DNA of 26,833 bases from contig JAFGAR010000165.1 in NCBI GenBank assembly GCA_016933575.1, positions 1 through 26,833 on the forward strand. Direction: 5' to 3'. A program made the position numbers and the translations under genes. The notes under the pieces were generated by a model that searched no databases, had not been told where the DNA came from, and was given only the letters and a program-made list of their open reading frames with translations. Positions 1-10,710 of this stretch are shown in pieces. Each line of letters opens with the position of its first letter. The stretch's first letter is position 1. The DNA is from Candidatus Thorarchaeota archaeon (GTDB taxonomy: Archaea; Asgardarchaeota; Thorarchaeia; Thorarchaeales; Thorarchaeaceae).

Positions 1-2
1 TA

Positions 3-914
3 AATGAATCGACCCTTGTGGAGTATGTGAATAGTGGTGCATCGCTTGTAATGACCGATTCACATGGTGGCTATTGGTCGACGGTACGAACTGTATTCGT
101 ATATGATCAAGATGGAGACGGTCTCCGTGATTGGGATTCCGATGACGCAGAAGAACATGTCCTACTATCGACATCAACGCCCTTTCACACGGAGGGGAAG
201 CTTGGTCTCTATTTCATTGCTGCCTGTTCGACAGGTACCTTTGTTAATCAATACTGCCTGACCGAGTATATCACTCGTACTAGTGGAATTGGGTGTATTG
301 GGAGCTCAAGTAGTGCATATTACGATTCAAGATGGTATGATGGTGAAACACTGGGCTGGTGGACTCAGGGTCTCTCGGAGAGATTCTGGAGGCAAGTATT
401 CGAGGAGGATGGAAATCACCCTGGGAAGGCACTCGCTTTAGCAAAGGAGAAGTATGGAGCGGACTACATCCTATTGGAACCTGATATGTACGATGGAGGA
501 CGCACGTGCACTGAGTATAACTTGATGGGAGATCCAGAAGTGCCCCTCTGGCTCGACATCCCTTCGGCACTAACTGTCGGCGTTAGTCCTGATAATGCAT
601 CACGGACCATCACTGTTCTTGTGGAGGCAGGAAATACTCCTCTTGCCAATGCAGTTGTGACAGTGGTCGGAGACTCCATCTATCAGAAGGCTCTAACGGA
701 CAGTGATGGCGAGGTGCACATTGCAATGCCCAGTGTTGTGAATGCTACAGACATCACGATAACTGCGTCAAGAAATGGGTATGTTCCAGCAGAGATGAAC
801 GCTAGCATTCCTCCAGGTGGAAATCTGATTGATATGAATTTAGTAGTACCTACAATTGTAATTGGAGCTATAACACTAGCTGCGTTAATCTTGTACAATA
901 AAAAGAAGGTCTGA
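3..914 (+). CDS. C25-family (gingipain-like) cysteine peptidase, C-terminal part, with Ig-like domain and C-terminal membrane anchor; 5' end lies outside the window
   Basis: Frame is open from position 3. Motifs SHG (catalytic His), ACSTG (catalytic Cys), CLTE, GIGCIGSS and YNLMGDP are typical of peptidase C25. Ends in a hydrophobic helix plus KKKV. Confidence 0.85.
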   Translation, partial: NESTLVEYVNSGASLVMTDSHGGYWSTVRTVFVYDQDGDGLRDWDSDDAEEHVLLSTSTPFHTEGKLGLYFIAACSTGTFVNQYCLTEYITRTSGIGCIGSSSSAYYDSRWYDGETLGWWTQGLSERFWRQVFEEDGNHPGKALALAKEKYGADYILLEPDMYDGGRTCTEYNLMGDPEVPLWLDIPSALTVGVSPDNASRTITVLVEAGNTPLANAVVTVVGDSIYQKALTDSDGEVHIAMPSVVNATDITITASRNGYVPAEMNASIPPGGNLIDMNLVVPTIVIGAITLAALILYNKKKV

Positions 915-1045
915 AGAATTAGCTGAACGTTCAGATTGGACGTCCTCCTACCATAGAAGAGTAATTAATGGATCCAGCCTCATTTCTTGCGTTATTGGTC
1001 AATATATTATAATAATTAAACAATTATTTTACAACAATTCAGTGA

Positions 1046-1864
1046 TTGGCGATTCAAATGGTTCACTGTGATATTGAACAACTTCAGACAAGACTCGAGA
1101 CCGTCACTCGAAAATGGTGGTTCTTCCTAGTCCTATTGCTTCTTCAAATGATGCCTCCATTGACTACAGAACCAGTTGGTCCTGACCAAGCCGGATTGGT
1201 GATAGGTGCAGTACTCTCTCAGGCAATTGTTAATGATCTTGCTATTCTCTATCCGATATTCAAGATCTTGGCTATTCTCATGATCTCCTCCATCTTCATC
1301 CTAAAGACCAATGTCTCCCAATACTTCAGTATCTATGTTGGCATCTTCTATGTCCTCGTAGCCTTTTTGCAGAGCATTGCTTTTACTGAGGAGTTCGGAT
1401 TTGCGGTTGTCACAGTGAATATGGTCATGTTCCTCATGGTAGGAGTGATGTGGTTCTGGGAGGCAGCTGCTCAGAAGAATGTTTTTGATTCGCCGCAGCG
1501 AGATCTGTCAAGGACCTGGGTGGTCCCATTCGCTCTTCTAGCATTCTGGTATCCTATTAATATGGAGACCATGGCTTTAGACTTCAATCCTCTCCTGCTC
1601 CTAACCGGTGCGGTTGGACTGACCTTTTGCATGATGACTCCTATTTTTCTCTCTGTCCTTATCTTATTCTACCCAAATGTCAATCTTGTAACGATGCGGC
1701 TGACTGCTCTGGTTGGAGTGATAATTGCCTTCTACAACATCCTGACAAACTTCGTGATTTTTCCTGACCTGCTGTTTTGGAATGGTGTGTTTCATATACC
1801 TCTAACAGTGGTCTCCGTCTATGCATTGATACTATCTCTTCGTCATGTTACCAACAGCTCCTAG
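1046..1864 (+). CDS. Uncharacterised polytopic membrane protein (about 8 TM segments); start may be ATG at 1058
   Basis: 272-aa ORF with many hydrophobic segments; AT-rich TATA-like tract at ~1001-1016. Confidence 0.75.
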   Translation: MAIQMVHCDIEQLQTRLETVTRKWWFFLVLLLLQMMPPLTTEPVGPDQAGLVIGAVLSQAIVNDLAILYPIFKILAILMISSIFILKTNVSQYFSIYVGIFYVLVAFLQSIAFTEEFGFAVVTVNMVMFLMVGVMWFWEAAAQKNVFDSPQRDLSRTWVVPFALLAFWYPINMETMALDFNPLLLLTGAVGLTFCMMTPIFLSVLILFYPNVNLVTMRLTALVGVIIAFYNILTNFVIFPDLLFWNGVFHIPLTVVSVYALILSLRHVTNSS

Positions 1865-1909
1865 AGTCTATGTTGAGCCTATATAGAACTGGCAATTCAA
1901 CTCAGTCCT

Positions 1910-2722
1910 GTGAAATTTCAAATAGTATATCTTCACCGTGGTTCAGTGTTGGTGACAATGATGAATGATAGGGCTGTCGGTAGTCCTAAGGTCTATGAGC
2001 TGCATGAGGGAGTCTACGCGGTCATAGGACTCTACCATATATCTGGAAGCATCGGTACTAATGCTGGGATTATAATGACCCCGGACTCAGTCGTGTTCAT
2101 AGACTCGGGAATGACGATATCCTCCGCCGAGTTCCTCTGGCGTGTTGCACAGGACCATATGAGTGGTAATGAAGACCTTTACCTGATTCTGACCCACCAT
2201 CATTCTGACCATGTGTTCGGCATGCGTGTGCTGAGAGAGAAGGGAGTCAGGGTCATTGCGCACAGTGGTGTACGAGAGTACCTTGATGACCCCGATGGTA
2301 AATATCTGGAGTTCGTCAAAAGTCTGATGAGATGTGGTCCTGAAGAGGCTAAGGAGATACTCGGTGATGTGCGCCTGACAGTACCGGAACAGCTCATTGA
2401 CAATGATACAGTCCTAAAGGTTGGTACTGAGATTCACCTTCTAGCGACCCCTGGTCACGTACCAAGCGAGCTATCGGTCTATCATCCCTCCTCAAAGACC
2501 TTGTTCGCTGGAGATACCATCTTCAGTGAAGGCAGTCCCACAACTCGCTTCGGAGGTCCTGATGACTGGCGGCTCTGGATCTCACACCTAGAACGGCTGA
2601 GGCAGATGGATATCGCGACAATCTGTCCAGGGCACGGCGAACTCTGTACCATTGATGAGATCCAGAGAAACATTGACTCACTGAATGAAACGCTACCGCG
2701 TAGAAGACTATGGCGGAAATGA
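1910..2722 (+). CDS. MBL-fold metallo-hydrolase; true start probably a later ATG near 1958
   Basis: THHHSDH (HxHxDH), TPGH, LFAGD and PGHG motifs. Confidence 0.9.
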   Translation: MKFQIVYLHRGSVLVTMMNDRAVGSPKVYELHEGVYAVIGLYHISGSIGTNAGIIMTPDSVVFIDSGMTISSAEFLWRVAQDHMSGNEDLYLILTHHHSDHVFGMRVLREKGVRVIAHSGVREYLDDPDGKYLEFVKSLMRCGPEEAKEILGDVRLTVPEQLIDNDTVLKVGTEIHLLATPGHVPSELSVYHPSSKTLFAGDTIFSEGSPTTRFGGPDDWRLWISHLERLRQMDIATICPGHGELCTIDEIQRNIDSLNETLPRRRLWRK

Positions 2723-2798
2723 CTTCTCGGACTGTACACTTGACAGATGGATGCGGGTATTGGGTTTAAAAAATCATTATTATGAACGGGCAGCAGAG

Positions 2799-2819
2799 TT
2801 CGAAGATCTCACGGCCAAT
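2799..2819 (-). repeat. Possible highly degenerate copy of the 66-bp gene-end repeat
   Basis: Minus strand reads att ggc cgt gag atc ttc gaa (IGREIFE), resembling the consensus MGREIFG/E. Intergenic and in the same orientation as the other copies. Confidence 0.35.
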
Positions 2820-2924
2820 TGTGCACTCAGAATAATCTCTCAAGTCCATCCAAGAATATAGTGGTAATCATCCTGACTAACCAAGTGCAAATATTCATTT
2901 ATCTGGTCCAATTGCTGAGAACTC

Positions 2925-3500
2925 ATGCAACTGCTATCTGAGATAAGGAACAGACAGAGTGTCATAGTATTCCAGGAACGGGATGTGGAACAAGAGAAGA
3001 TCGATCTACTCATTGAAGCAGCTCGCTGGGCACCATCATGCTTCAATAAGCAGGAATGGAACTATGTTCTTGTGAGCAAGAAGGATGAAACGAGAGCGTC
3101 ATTTGAAGATGCGCTCTCCTTTGGGAATGGATGGGCCAAGTCTGCACCATATCTTGTAGCAGTAAGCGCTAATCCTGAACAGGCCTGCAAGATTAACAAC
3201 ATTCCTTACTATGCATACGACCTCGGCCTCAGTGTCATGAGTCTGGTCATAGAAGCTGAGCATCAAGGCCTGCGTGTTCACCAAATGGCTGGCTATGATG
3301 AAAAACGAGTGAAAGCGGCTCTCAATATTCCAGCATCTCAGAGAGTCGTTGTGATATTTGCTCTGGGATATGAAGGGGATGTTGAGAAGATGAAAGACAA
3401 AATCACTGAAAAGATCAAGAAGAAGATCACAAAGGCAAGAACACGAAAGGATCCTCAGGAGAATTTCTTCTTCGGAAAAGTTCATGGCCTCGTAGCATGA
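2925..3500 (+). CDS. Nitroreductase family protein
   Basis: IRNRQS, EAARWAPSCFNKQEW, YDLG...EAEHQGL and ALGY motifs. Confidence 0.9.
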   Translation: MQLLSEIRNRQSVIVFQERDVEQEKIDLLIEAARWAPSCFNKQEWNYVLVSKKDETRASFEDALSFGNGWAKSAPYLVAVSANPEQACKINNIPYYAYDLGLSVMSLVIEAEHQGLRVHQMAGYDEKRVKAALNIPASQRVVVIFALGYEGDVEKMKDKITEKIKKKITKARTRKDPQENFFFGKVHGLVA

Positions 3501-3723
3501 TTAACGACACTGATTCACATTTATTTATTCGGAACCGGTTAGAACGTGTTACTTTGAAACAGTAGGGATCAAGTCTATAGTATGCAAGATGAGCTAGGAA
3601 AAAATGAGTCCGAGATATTGGCTTAATTCTTGCGCTAAACTTAACTCTAAAAGCAATCCCCTAATTACGCGTTTTAGAGGAATTAGCAGAATTCCTAAAG
3701 AATGTGTGTGGATGCATTAGGTT

Positions 3724-4596
3724 ATGGACTCGTTGGATGATTCAGTGGGAAGGGAAGTTGCTCTCTTCTTCGCTATTGCAGTATCTTGGACCTGGTTCTT
3801 TTGGGGAATCCCTGCACTTGTTACGAGCGGATTTCTCTCGATTTCAATATCAAATGACATCTTCACAGCACTTGGAGGTTTTGGACCGCTTCTCGCGGCA
3901 TTGCTTCTAACATATTCCAAGGGTGGGAAACATGCTGTCGTCATCCTCCTGAAGAGAGGGGTAAACTACAGATTCGAGAAGAAGTGGTGGTTGCCAATCC
4001 TCCTTCTAATTCCTGTTGTCTTCCTTGTATCATATTTCATTGTCAGCCTTCTCCAGATGACTCCTCCACTTGATATCAACCGATTTCTCAGCAAATTCCC
4101 GATGCAGTTCATCTACTTCTTTCTCGGTGTTGCTATCGCAGAGGAATTTGGGTGGAGAGGGTATGCCTTGGACAGATTGCAGAGAAGAATGCAAGGCTCT
4201 GGATTCACTGCAGTGATCTCAAGCGTGATTCTTGGTGTCATATGGGGCTTCTGGCATCTCCCGTTCTTCTTCACAGCTGGCACCTCACAGTCCGGATGGT
4301 CGTTCTGGTACTTTCTCTGGCTCACCATCTTGGTATCAATCCTATTTACTTGGCTGCATAACAACACTAACGGAAGTGTACTGACCGCCCTCTTCTTTCA
4401 TACCTCATTGAATCTCTGTGTGAACTTTGTGCCAATCCTCTTGGTCTTCTTCTACTACCCTGCCCTCACGACTGATCTAGCATTTATTGTGATGAATCTA
4501 ATTGCCTCCGTCATTATACTCTCTGTCGTGGCCTACTGGGGTCCTGAAACTCTGACTAGGAAAGAGGGAATGCGCGAACGTTTGAGAGTGGCATAG
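3724..4596 (+). CDS. CPBP (CAAX protease/Abi) intramembrane glutamic endopeptidase
   Basis: EEFGWRG, WGFWHLP and FHTSLN motifs; multiple TM segments. Confidence 0.92.
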   Translation: MDSLDDSVGREVALFFAIAVSWTWFFWGIPALVTSGFLSISISNDIFTALGGFGPLLAALLLTYSKGGKHAVVILLKRGVNYRFEKKWWLPILLLIPVVFLVSYFIVSLLQMTPPLDINRFLSKFPMQFIYFFLGVAIAEEFGWRGYALDRLQRRMQGSGFTAVISSVILGVIWGFWHLPFFFTAGTSQSGWSFWYFLWLTILVSILFTWLHNNTNGSVLTALFFHTSLNLCVNFVPILLVFFYYPALTTDLAFIVMNLIASVIILSVVAYWGPETLTRKEGMRERLRVA

Positions 4597-4613
4597 CTTC
4601 TCTCAATCTCGTT

Positions 4614-4631
4614 CTATATCTGCTTCTCTTG
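4614..4631 (-). repeat. Partial copy (stop-codon end) of the 66-bp gene-end repeat
   Basis: ctatatctgcttctcttg matches ctacatctgcttctcttg at 17/18. Minus strand reads QEKQI*. Left flank ctctcaat resembles copies A and B. Confidence 0.6.
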
Positions 4632-4844
4632 CTTCTCCGTATGAACGACCTATACAAGCTTCATAAAAGCATCATTCAGAAATGCTAGTAGGAAACCATT
4701 TGCATTCGTTCATTATATCCGCAACTGAATAAGGAAAGAGAGGCTCAATACTTATTAGTCGGTTTTCCGCCTCGACTGGAAATCTAGTTATTATGATTGT
4801 GTATGAATTGATTTTTTCATAGTAGAAATCAAGAGGTTTGCTAG

Positions 4845-7800
4845 TTGAAGAAGATTCATGTGATACTCATAGTGTTAATGCTATTTCTTGTTCCGATTCT
4901 GCGTCTATATCCTATTGCACCCGAAGAAGAGATTGTGATAAGGTCGGTCTCAACACCAGCATATACAGAACACGCCAAAATCAATGTTACAGATAATTCC
5001 GAATTTGCGTCACAAGGGTTCACTGGAAATGGTATTCTTGGAGATCCATATCTTCTAGAGGGAGTGAATATAACTGATTCAGGTACTCTAATTAATATTC
5101 AAGATACTACAGCCTATGTTGAAATACGTGATTGTTATTTCTCAGGAACTACCCCGATTACCAAAGCAATTGAGCTTAACAATGCAGATCATGTAACTGT
5201 ACAAGGATGCAAATTCTCAGATGTTGGTGGTGCAAATGTTCAATCGAGTAACAACTTCTCGTTCATTGAAAATGAGATTAATGGCACGTCAAATTTTGGA
5301 GTCTATCTCTGGAGCTGTCCTTTCGGGAACATCTCAGATAACATGATAGATGGTAGACCCATTGGCAAGCAAATTGTCCTCATGTATTCTGATGGTTCTT
5401 CAACTAATGGCAATACTCTCTATAATACCGACATCAGTTATGTTAGCTCAAATAGCTCTCTCATATCTACAAATGAGATAATTGAAGGCGGACATATCAG
5501 TGTATCTGAGAGCGAGTATGTGCTTGTTCAAAATAATGTATTAATTGAAAGTATAGGCTACCCTGCAATTAGTATCTGGTCATCATCGTATTGTAATGTC
5601 ACTTCAAATAGTGTACTTGACTGTCGTGATGAAGAAGGTACCTTCAGAGTGTGGGGATCAGCAAATGTGATACTTGCAGACAATATTGTTACGATAACTG
5701 AGTATTCGATTTATACAAATTATGGCTTCAATGTAGAAGAATCATCTGATTGCCTTCTTAAGAACAATTCCGCCTCTTCATATCTTACAGCAGGATTTAG
5801 AGTTCATACATCCAATGATATTACTATGGATAACAACTCTGCACACCACAACACAATTGGATTCATGACCTTCTACGCTAATAACCTATACCTGAATAAT
5901 TGCATAGCAGATGATAATGAATTTGGTTTTGAATTGCATCTGAGCGATAATATCTGGGTGGACTATTGCAGAGCTGAAGACAACACGAAAGAAGGAATCA
6001 AAATCATCGAATGCAATGATGGAAGTATTTTGCATACTTTTGCATTCCGAAATGGATATGATGGATTTGTTATTGGAGGCGTTTCTGAACGTACCTGGTT
6101 TTGGGACTGCCAATCACACAGCAATTCCCGTAATGGATTCTCCATTGAATTGGCTTCCTATACAGAGATTTGGTACTCTCATGCTAGCTTCAATGGATTC
6201 AATGGTTTCGAGATTGTTAGCTCTGATTATGGCCGTTTTGAAACGTGTGGCGCTCAGTATAATGGGGACAATGGCTACCTGTTGGATGATTCGAATCACT
6301 GTATCATTAATCAATGCAGCACAAGTCAATCGACCGATTCTGGATTCTATCTCTGGTATGTGTTTAATATAACACTCACTGAACCCACGAGTGAGAATAA
6401 TGGGGATGATGGAATACAGATAAGATCTTCCTCAGATATTCTTGTGAATGGTGGTCAATTTGCAGACAATGGTCGATATGGCATCTATGTTCGAAGTAGC
6501 GATTCTGTTCTACTTGAGGACAATGAGGTCAGTGGGAGTGATACGGATGATATATTACTGGAGACATCAACTTCATGCACACTGTCAGACAATGTGCTTG
6601 ATCTCAAAGGGCTCTATATCAAGGGAAACTTACTTGTCCACTGGACACATTCAATCTCTGACGATAATCTCGTTGACTTGCAACCTATAAAGTACTACCT
6701 CAGCCAAAATGCCATGACTTACGATTTATCATCCTATGGTCAGGTGTTTCTGGTTGACTGCACAGACATTGAAGCACATTCTGGTAGTTTCAACAACAGG
6801 AGTGTTGGACTAGCCCTCGCCTTCTCTTCGAACTGCCTTATTTATGATATCCTAACAAATGATTGTAGTACGGGAGTGATGATCTTCGAATCGGATACCT
6901 GTTCCGTGGTCTCTAGTGAGTTCTATGGTTCTAGTCTATATCCTCAAGTTGGGATATCATCAATGGACACTCCGAATACGAACATCACTGGTTGTCATTT
7001 TGAGGAACTTTTCCAAGGAATAGTTGTTGATGAATGTCCTTCTTCTCTCTTCCAGTCGAATACTATTTCTGATGTTGTTGGAGGTGGGTTTGATATTGGG
7101 TACTCTCCTGACTCCGTAATAACTCATAATCTATTCACTTCTGTGAATCAAGGAACAATCTCTGTGAAATATTCTGAACGCACTGTGATAGACAACAACA
7201 TCTTGAGCCAAAATCAGTCCGGTGGTATCTCTCTAATATGGAGCGACTATGCTGTGCTTGAAGATAACAATCTCACAGGTGTTGGAATTGGAATCCAGCT
7301 GTTCAACTCAATGGGTATCAGAATAGAGAATAACACGGTCTTTTGTGATAATGTAGCAATACAACTCTATAACGCAAGAGATACTGAGATACATGATAAC
7401 GTGTTAAATGCTGGACTTCTTTTCGAATCTGACCACTTGTTGTACTGGGCTCATGAAATAGAAAACAACACCATTAACGGATTGCCTCTCGGTTATTTTG
7501 AGGGTTTGAATAATACAGTTTTGAATGCAGCAGATTTTGGGCAGGTCATCCTAATTGGTTGTGAGAATGTAACAGTCATTGGCAATAATCAAGATGAGGT
7601 TTCCATACCCATATACCTCGTTTCATGCATCAATGTAAATGTGAGTGACTACCATGTCCTGAACGCCGTTGGGGGAACTAAGATTCTCTATAGTCAACAA
7701 TGCCATGTTCAGAACTTTAGTGTTGAATCATTTGTAGCTGCTGGTTTTTACGTCTATGAGTCTGATACTATAACATTCTCAGGATGTCGTGCAAGCTTTG

Positions 7801-9263
7801 CTGAGAACTATGGATTTCATCTCTATAACACAGAAAATTGCGGTATCTATGACTCACAGGCATGGAACTGCACAATAAGTGGTGCATATTTGCAGTATGC
7901 TGACAACACCCTCATTGATGAGTTCTTCGTCACCTATTGTGGAACCGGATTATACCTCTACACCTCTGATGACTGTTCCGTAACAAGTAGCGGTATCTTC
8001 AACAACAACAATGGTGTTCGCATCCTTGGAACAAGCACCAATAACATGTTCTATCTTAATGAACTTGCAGGCAACATCGACCATAACGCTTGGGATGACA
8101 CGGAGGATCCAGTTGGCAATCACTGGGATGATGGTATTGATATTGGTAATAGTTGGTCCGATTATTACGGAGGGGCGAACTACACTATCTATGGAATTGG
8201 GGGCGGTCTTGACAACTATCCGAGTTTTCATCCAGGATACACCCTTCCGATTATTAATCCTGACAATCAGACTATCTTTGAAGGGGTGACTGGAAGATCG
8301 GTCACATGGACCTGTACTATGCAGTACATCCAATCTTGGATGGTCTTTGTGAATTCCTCCTATGACTCAAGTGGCAATTGGACAGGTGATTCACTTACCA
8401 TCAACCTAGATGGTCTTCCAATAGGACATTCCATCTATACTCTTGCGCTATCACCCTATTTTGGTGGATGGTATTACTATGTTGTTGGCGTCACTGTTCT
8501 TGAGGCAACAACACCATCTATCGTTCCTGAAGATGACATGGCATTCTGGGAGGGTAGTCCGGAACAATCAATCTCTTGGGATGTCACGGATCCCTATCCC
8601 GACTGGTATACAATTTATCTAAATGGCACCGTGGATGAATCACTCCCGTGGGATGGTAATGATATTACATATCTGCTTGAAGGGTTTTCAGCTGGATTGT
8701 ATAACGTCACATTAGTTGTTTCTTCAGAGAGCGGAAGGATATCCACAGACACGGTATGGGTCTCAGTCTTAGCTCTGTCAGTACCCCAGATTGACCATCA
8801 TCCTGATCTTGAATTTGAAGAGGGTTCTGAGGGCAAGAGCATCACTTGGACAGTTTCTGACCTGTATCCTGAGAGATTCGAGATCTTGATAAATGGAGTA
8901 CTGAATCAGACTGGTCCGTGGGATGGATCTAACATCATCTTCTTACTTGATGGGTTTACAGAAGGCGTGTATAACATCACCCTCATAGTATATTCTGAAT
9001 CAGGACCATCATCGACAGATTCTGCCATTGTAACAGTTTTGCCTTCGACTTCTACAACAACCACGACTACCACAACAATCCCGACAACTACAACAACAAC
9101 GACAACTACGACCACCTCAACCGAAACCACTACGACTACAGTGACGACATCCACGACTGCTACGAGTCCAGAAGAACCTGGTCCGATGATCATTCTTGTC
9201 ATCTCAGTATCGATAGGTGCAGTGGTAATACTGTTGATTATAATCATGCTAAGGAAGAGGTAA
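4845..9263 (+). CDS. Large cell-surface protein: signal peptide, long right-handed parallel beta-helix (NosD/PbH1-like), three Ig-like repeats, Thr-rich linker, C-terminal TM anchor
   Basis: Repeated GxxxxxSxxxxxxNN beta-helix turns; about three ~90-aa repeats with EG..SI.W...D.YP....NG....WDG; poly-Thr tract; hydrophobic tail plus RKR. Confidence 0.88.
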   Translation: MKKIHVILIVLMLFLVPILRLYPIAPEEEIVIRSVSTPAYTEHAKINVTDNSEFASQGFTGNGILGDPYLLEGVNITDSGTLINIQDTTAYVEIRDCYFSGTTPITKAIELNNADHVTVQGCKFSDVGGANVQSSNNFSFIENEINGTSNFGVYLWSCPFGNISDNMIDGRPIGKQIVLMYSDGSSTNGNTLYNTDISYVSSNSSLISTNEIIEGGHISVSESEYVLVQNNVLIESIGYPAISIWSSSYCNVTSNSVLDCRDEEGTFRVWGSANVILADNIVTITEYSIYTNYGFNVEESSDCLLKNNSASSYLTAGFRVHTSNDITMDNNSAHHNTIGFMTFYANNLYLNNCIADDNEFGFELHLSDNIWVDYCRAEDNTKEGIKIIECNDGSILHTFAFRNGYDGFVIGGVSERTWFWDCQSHSNSRNGFSIELASYTEIWYSHASFNGFNGFEIVSSDYGRFETCGAQYNGDNGYLLDDSNHCIINQCSTSQSTDSGFYLWYVFNITLTEPTSENNGDDGIQIRSSSDILVNGGQFADNGRYGIYVRSSDSVLLEDNEVSGSDTDDILLETSTSCTLSDNVLDLKGLYIKGNLLVHWTHSISDDNLVDLQPIKYYLSQNAMTYDLSSYGQVFLVDCTDIEAHSGSFNNRSVGLALAFSSNCLIYDILTNDCSTGVMIFESDTCSVVSSEFYGSSLYPQVGISSMDTPNTNITGCHFEELFQGIVVDECPSSLFQSNTISDVVGGGFDIGYSPDSVITHNLFTSVNQGTISVKYSERTVIDNNILSQNQSGGISLIWSDYAVLEDNNLTGVGIGIQLFNSMGIRIENNTVFCDNVAIQLYNARDTEIHDNVLNAGLLFESDHLLYWAHEIENNTINGLPLGYFEGLNNTVLNAADFGQVILIGCENVTVIGNNQDEVSIPIYLVSCINVNVSDYHVLNAVGGTKILYSQQCHVQNFSVESFVAAGFYVYESDTITFSGCRASFAENYGFHLYNTENCGIYDSQAWNCTISGAYLQYADNTLIDEFFVTYCGTGLYLYTSDDCSVTSSGIFNNNNGVRILGTSTNNMFYLNELAGNIDHNAWDDTEDPVGNHWDDGIDIGNSWSDYYGGANYTIYGIGGGLDNYPSFHPGYTLPIINPDNQTIFEGVTGRSVTWTCTMQYIQSWMVFVNSSYDSSGNWTGDSLTINLDGLPIGHSIYTLALSPYFGGWYYYVVGVTVLEATTPSIVPEDDMAFWEGSPEQSISWDVTDPYPDWYTIYLNGTVDESLPWDGNDITYLLEGFSAGLYNVTLVVSSESGRISTDTVWVSVLALSVPQIDHHPDLEFEEGSEGKSITWTVSDLYPERFEILINGVLNQTGPWDGSNIIFLLDGFTEGVYNITLIVYSESGPSSTDSAIVTVLPSTSTTTTTTTTIPTTTTTTTTTTTSTETTTTTVTTSTTATSPEEPGPMIILVISVSIGAVVILLIIIMLRKR

Positions 9264-9300
9264 ATTGATATTAATCCCAACATTCTCTTACTGGGAGTCG

Positions 9301-9510
9301 GGGTTGAAAACAGCTGCATAAGACTTGGACAAAGTTTGACATCTCGTAGATGGCTGTTTGAACGATCGTTGCAGGTCCGTAAATACCCCTGTCAAGAAAC
9401 AGAAGCCTGAGGTTGTCCTGACACGCATTGACCTCACAGAGTCAATCCCAGTGCCGTTTCTGGGAGCATTTCACTCTGGTGCCCAAGATTGTCCAATTGA
9501 CAATGAACGG
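9301..9510 (+). repeat. ~210-bp degenerate repeat, copy 1 (inverted relative to 13968-14177)
   Basis: Aligns by eye with the reverse complement of 13968-14177, e.g. tgacctcacagagtca.tcccagtgc and ccaagattgt.caattgacaatgaacgg. Confidence 0.85.
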
Positions 9511-9739
9511 CACTGAGTATCATCAATATGATACTGCTTGTGATCATGATATGGAGGTGACCAAAGAGCTAGGAACCTGATAACAATCTCTTTGCAATTG
9601 TCAATAATACTCTTTACTTCACCTTTTCAAAAGTCCTTTATTTGCAGGCGTAACCTTAGCATTGCTCCACATTCAGTGAAGACCTGAGTATGTGAAGAGA
9701 ATGTTAGAGAACTGCCCTCTCTCGATTTCAAAATGAAAA

Positions 9740-9803
9740 CTACATCTGTTTCTCTTGGCGGCATGGGGGTTTTCAGGTCCGAATGTTTCTCATGCCTTTT
9801 GAT
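9740..9803 (-). repeat. Gene-end repeat copy A (with small deletions)
   Basis: ctacatctgtttctcttggcggcatgggggttttcaggtccgaa; minus strand reads ...FGPE/PCRQEKQM*. Confidence 0.9.
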
Positions 9804-9951
9804 CTCAATATGTAGGACACTAGATATCGATACCAGTATTGACAAACCTATTGTCTATTGATTTTCTTAGCATTTTCGATCAAATCAAGACTAATCGATG
9901 CTAGGGATTCCTCCTCCTAGTCTATGTCAACGAGCTATTTAGAATTCTGAA

Positions 9952-10146
9952 TTATTCATTGAAATCCTTAGTTCCAACCACTGTAAGCCCGATAGGTTTG
10001 CCATCCTTGTATCTAACAACAATGCCATTTGGAAGCATTTCAGAGTCATCGGCCTCTTGGATTGGCCCAAAACTCACGTACACTACATCATTCTCTGAAT
10101 CATATCTAATGTCCATGTTCTCCAGATCAACTACTATTTGGGCCAT
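9952..10146 (-). CDS. DUF2283-domain protein (putative antitoxin)
   Basis: YDSENDVVYVSF...GIVVRYKDGKPIGLTV pattern; acidic 64-aa protein; overlaps the upstream gene. Confidence 0.8.
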   Translation of the reverse strand: MAQIVVDLENMDIRYDSENDVVYVSFGPIQEADDSEMLPNGIVVRYKDGKPIGLTVVGTKDFNE

Positions 10147-10493
10147 ACAGTACCTCTCCTTTTGAAGGAATCCGGTTTTGATGTGATGAAGAGTGTCTTT
10201 ATCCTACTCCTTTCTACGTAGAAAACCGCTAAAAACTTGTGTGTGCCCGTGATTTTCTTCAAAGCCACGATTTCATTCGTATGCCCTGCTGTAATAAAAT
10301 CTGGGCTTTCAATCGTTGCTTTGATATTAGCATAGAGGTCTGGAAGTTGCAGGACTTCGGGATGTCGCTCTTTGATATGTTTGAGAGTTGCTGAATTTAG
10401 CGTCACTGTGGTTCCAAAGACTGATACACATGTGAGAATAATTCCTTCCTTTAGAACAACTTCCTTGTCCTTTTTTGCCTTCATGATTTTCAT
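10134..10493 (-). CDS. Putative BECR-fold RNase toxin (PBECR-like), partner of the DUF2283 protein
   Basis: HIKERHPE...TIESPD...IKTLFIT pattern; basic 119-aa protein translationally coupled to the DUF2283 gene. Confidence 0.65.
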   Translation of the reverse strand: MKIMKAKKDKEVVLKEGIILTCVSVFGTTVTLNSATLKHIKERHPEVLQLPDLYANIKATIESPDFITAGHTNEIVALKKITGTHKFLAVFYVERSRIKTLFITSKPDSFKRRGTVWPK

Positions 10494-10710
10494 CAGTCCT
10501 TGAACAAGTATCAGAGATAACTTGCAGATTTAGAGTCTTCGACCATCAACACCCCTCTCTCTACATCGATATTTACTCCTACTAGTTTTCTCTTCAGAAT
10601 GTTTCAATCATAATCTCATCAATAGTTACTAAGCTGTCGACATCATATAGCACAGGCGTTTTCGATGAACAAGGGATAGCAGAAGAACCTCTCTCAATTA
10701 TAAAATGAAA

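Noticed and set aside
8906-9319. Poly-Val ORFs (also 14299-14493)
   Set aside because: Antisense shadows of the poly-Thr linkers.
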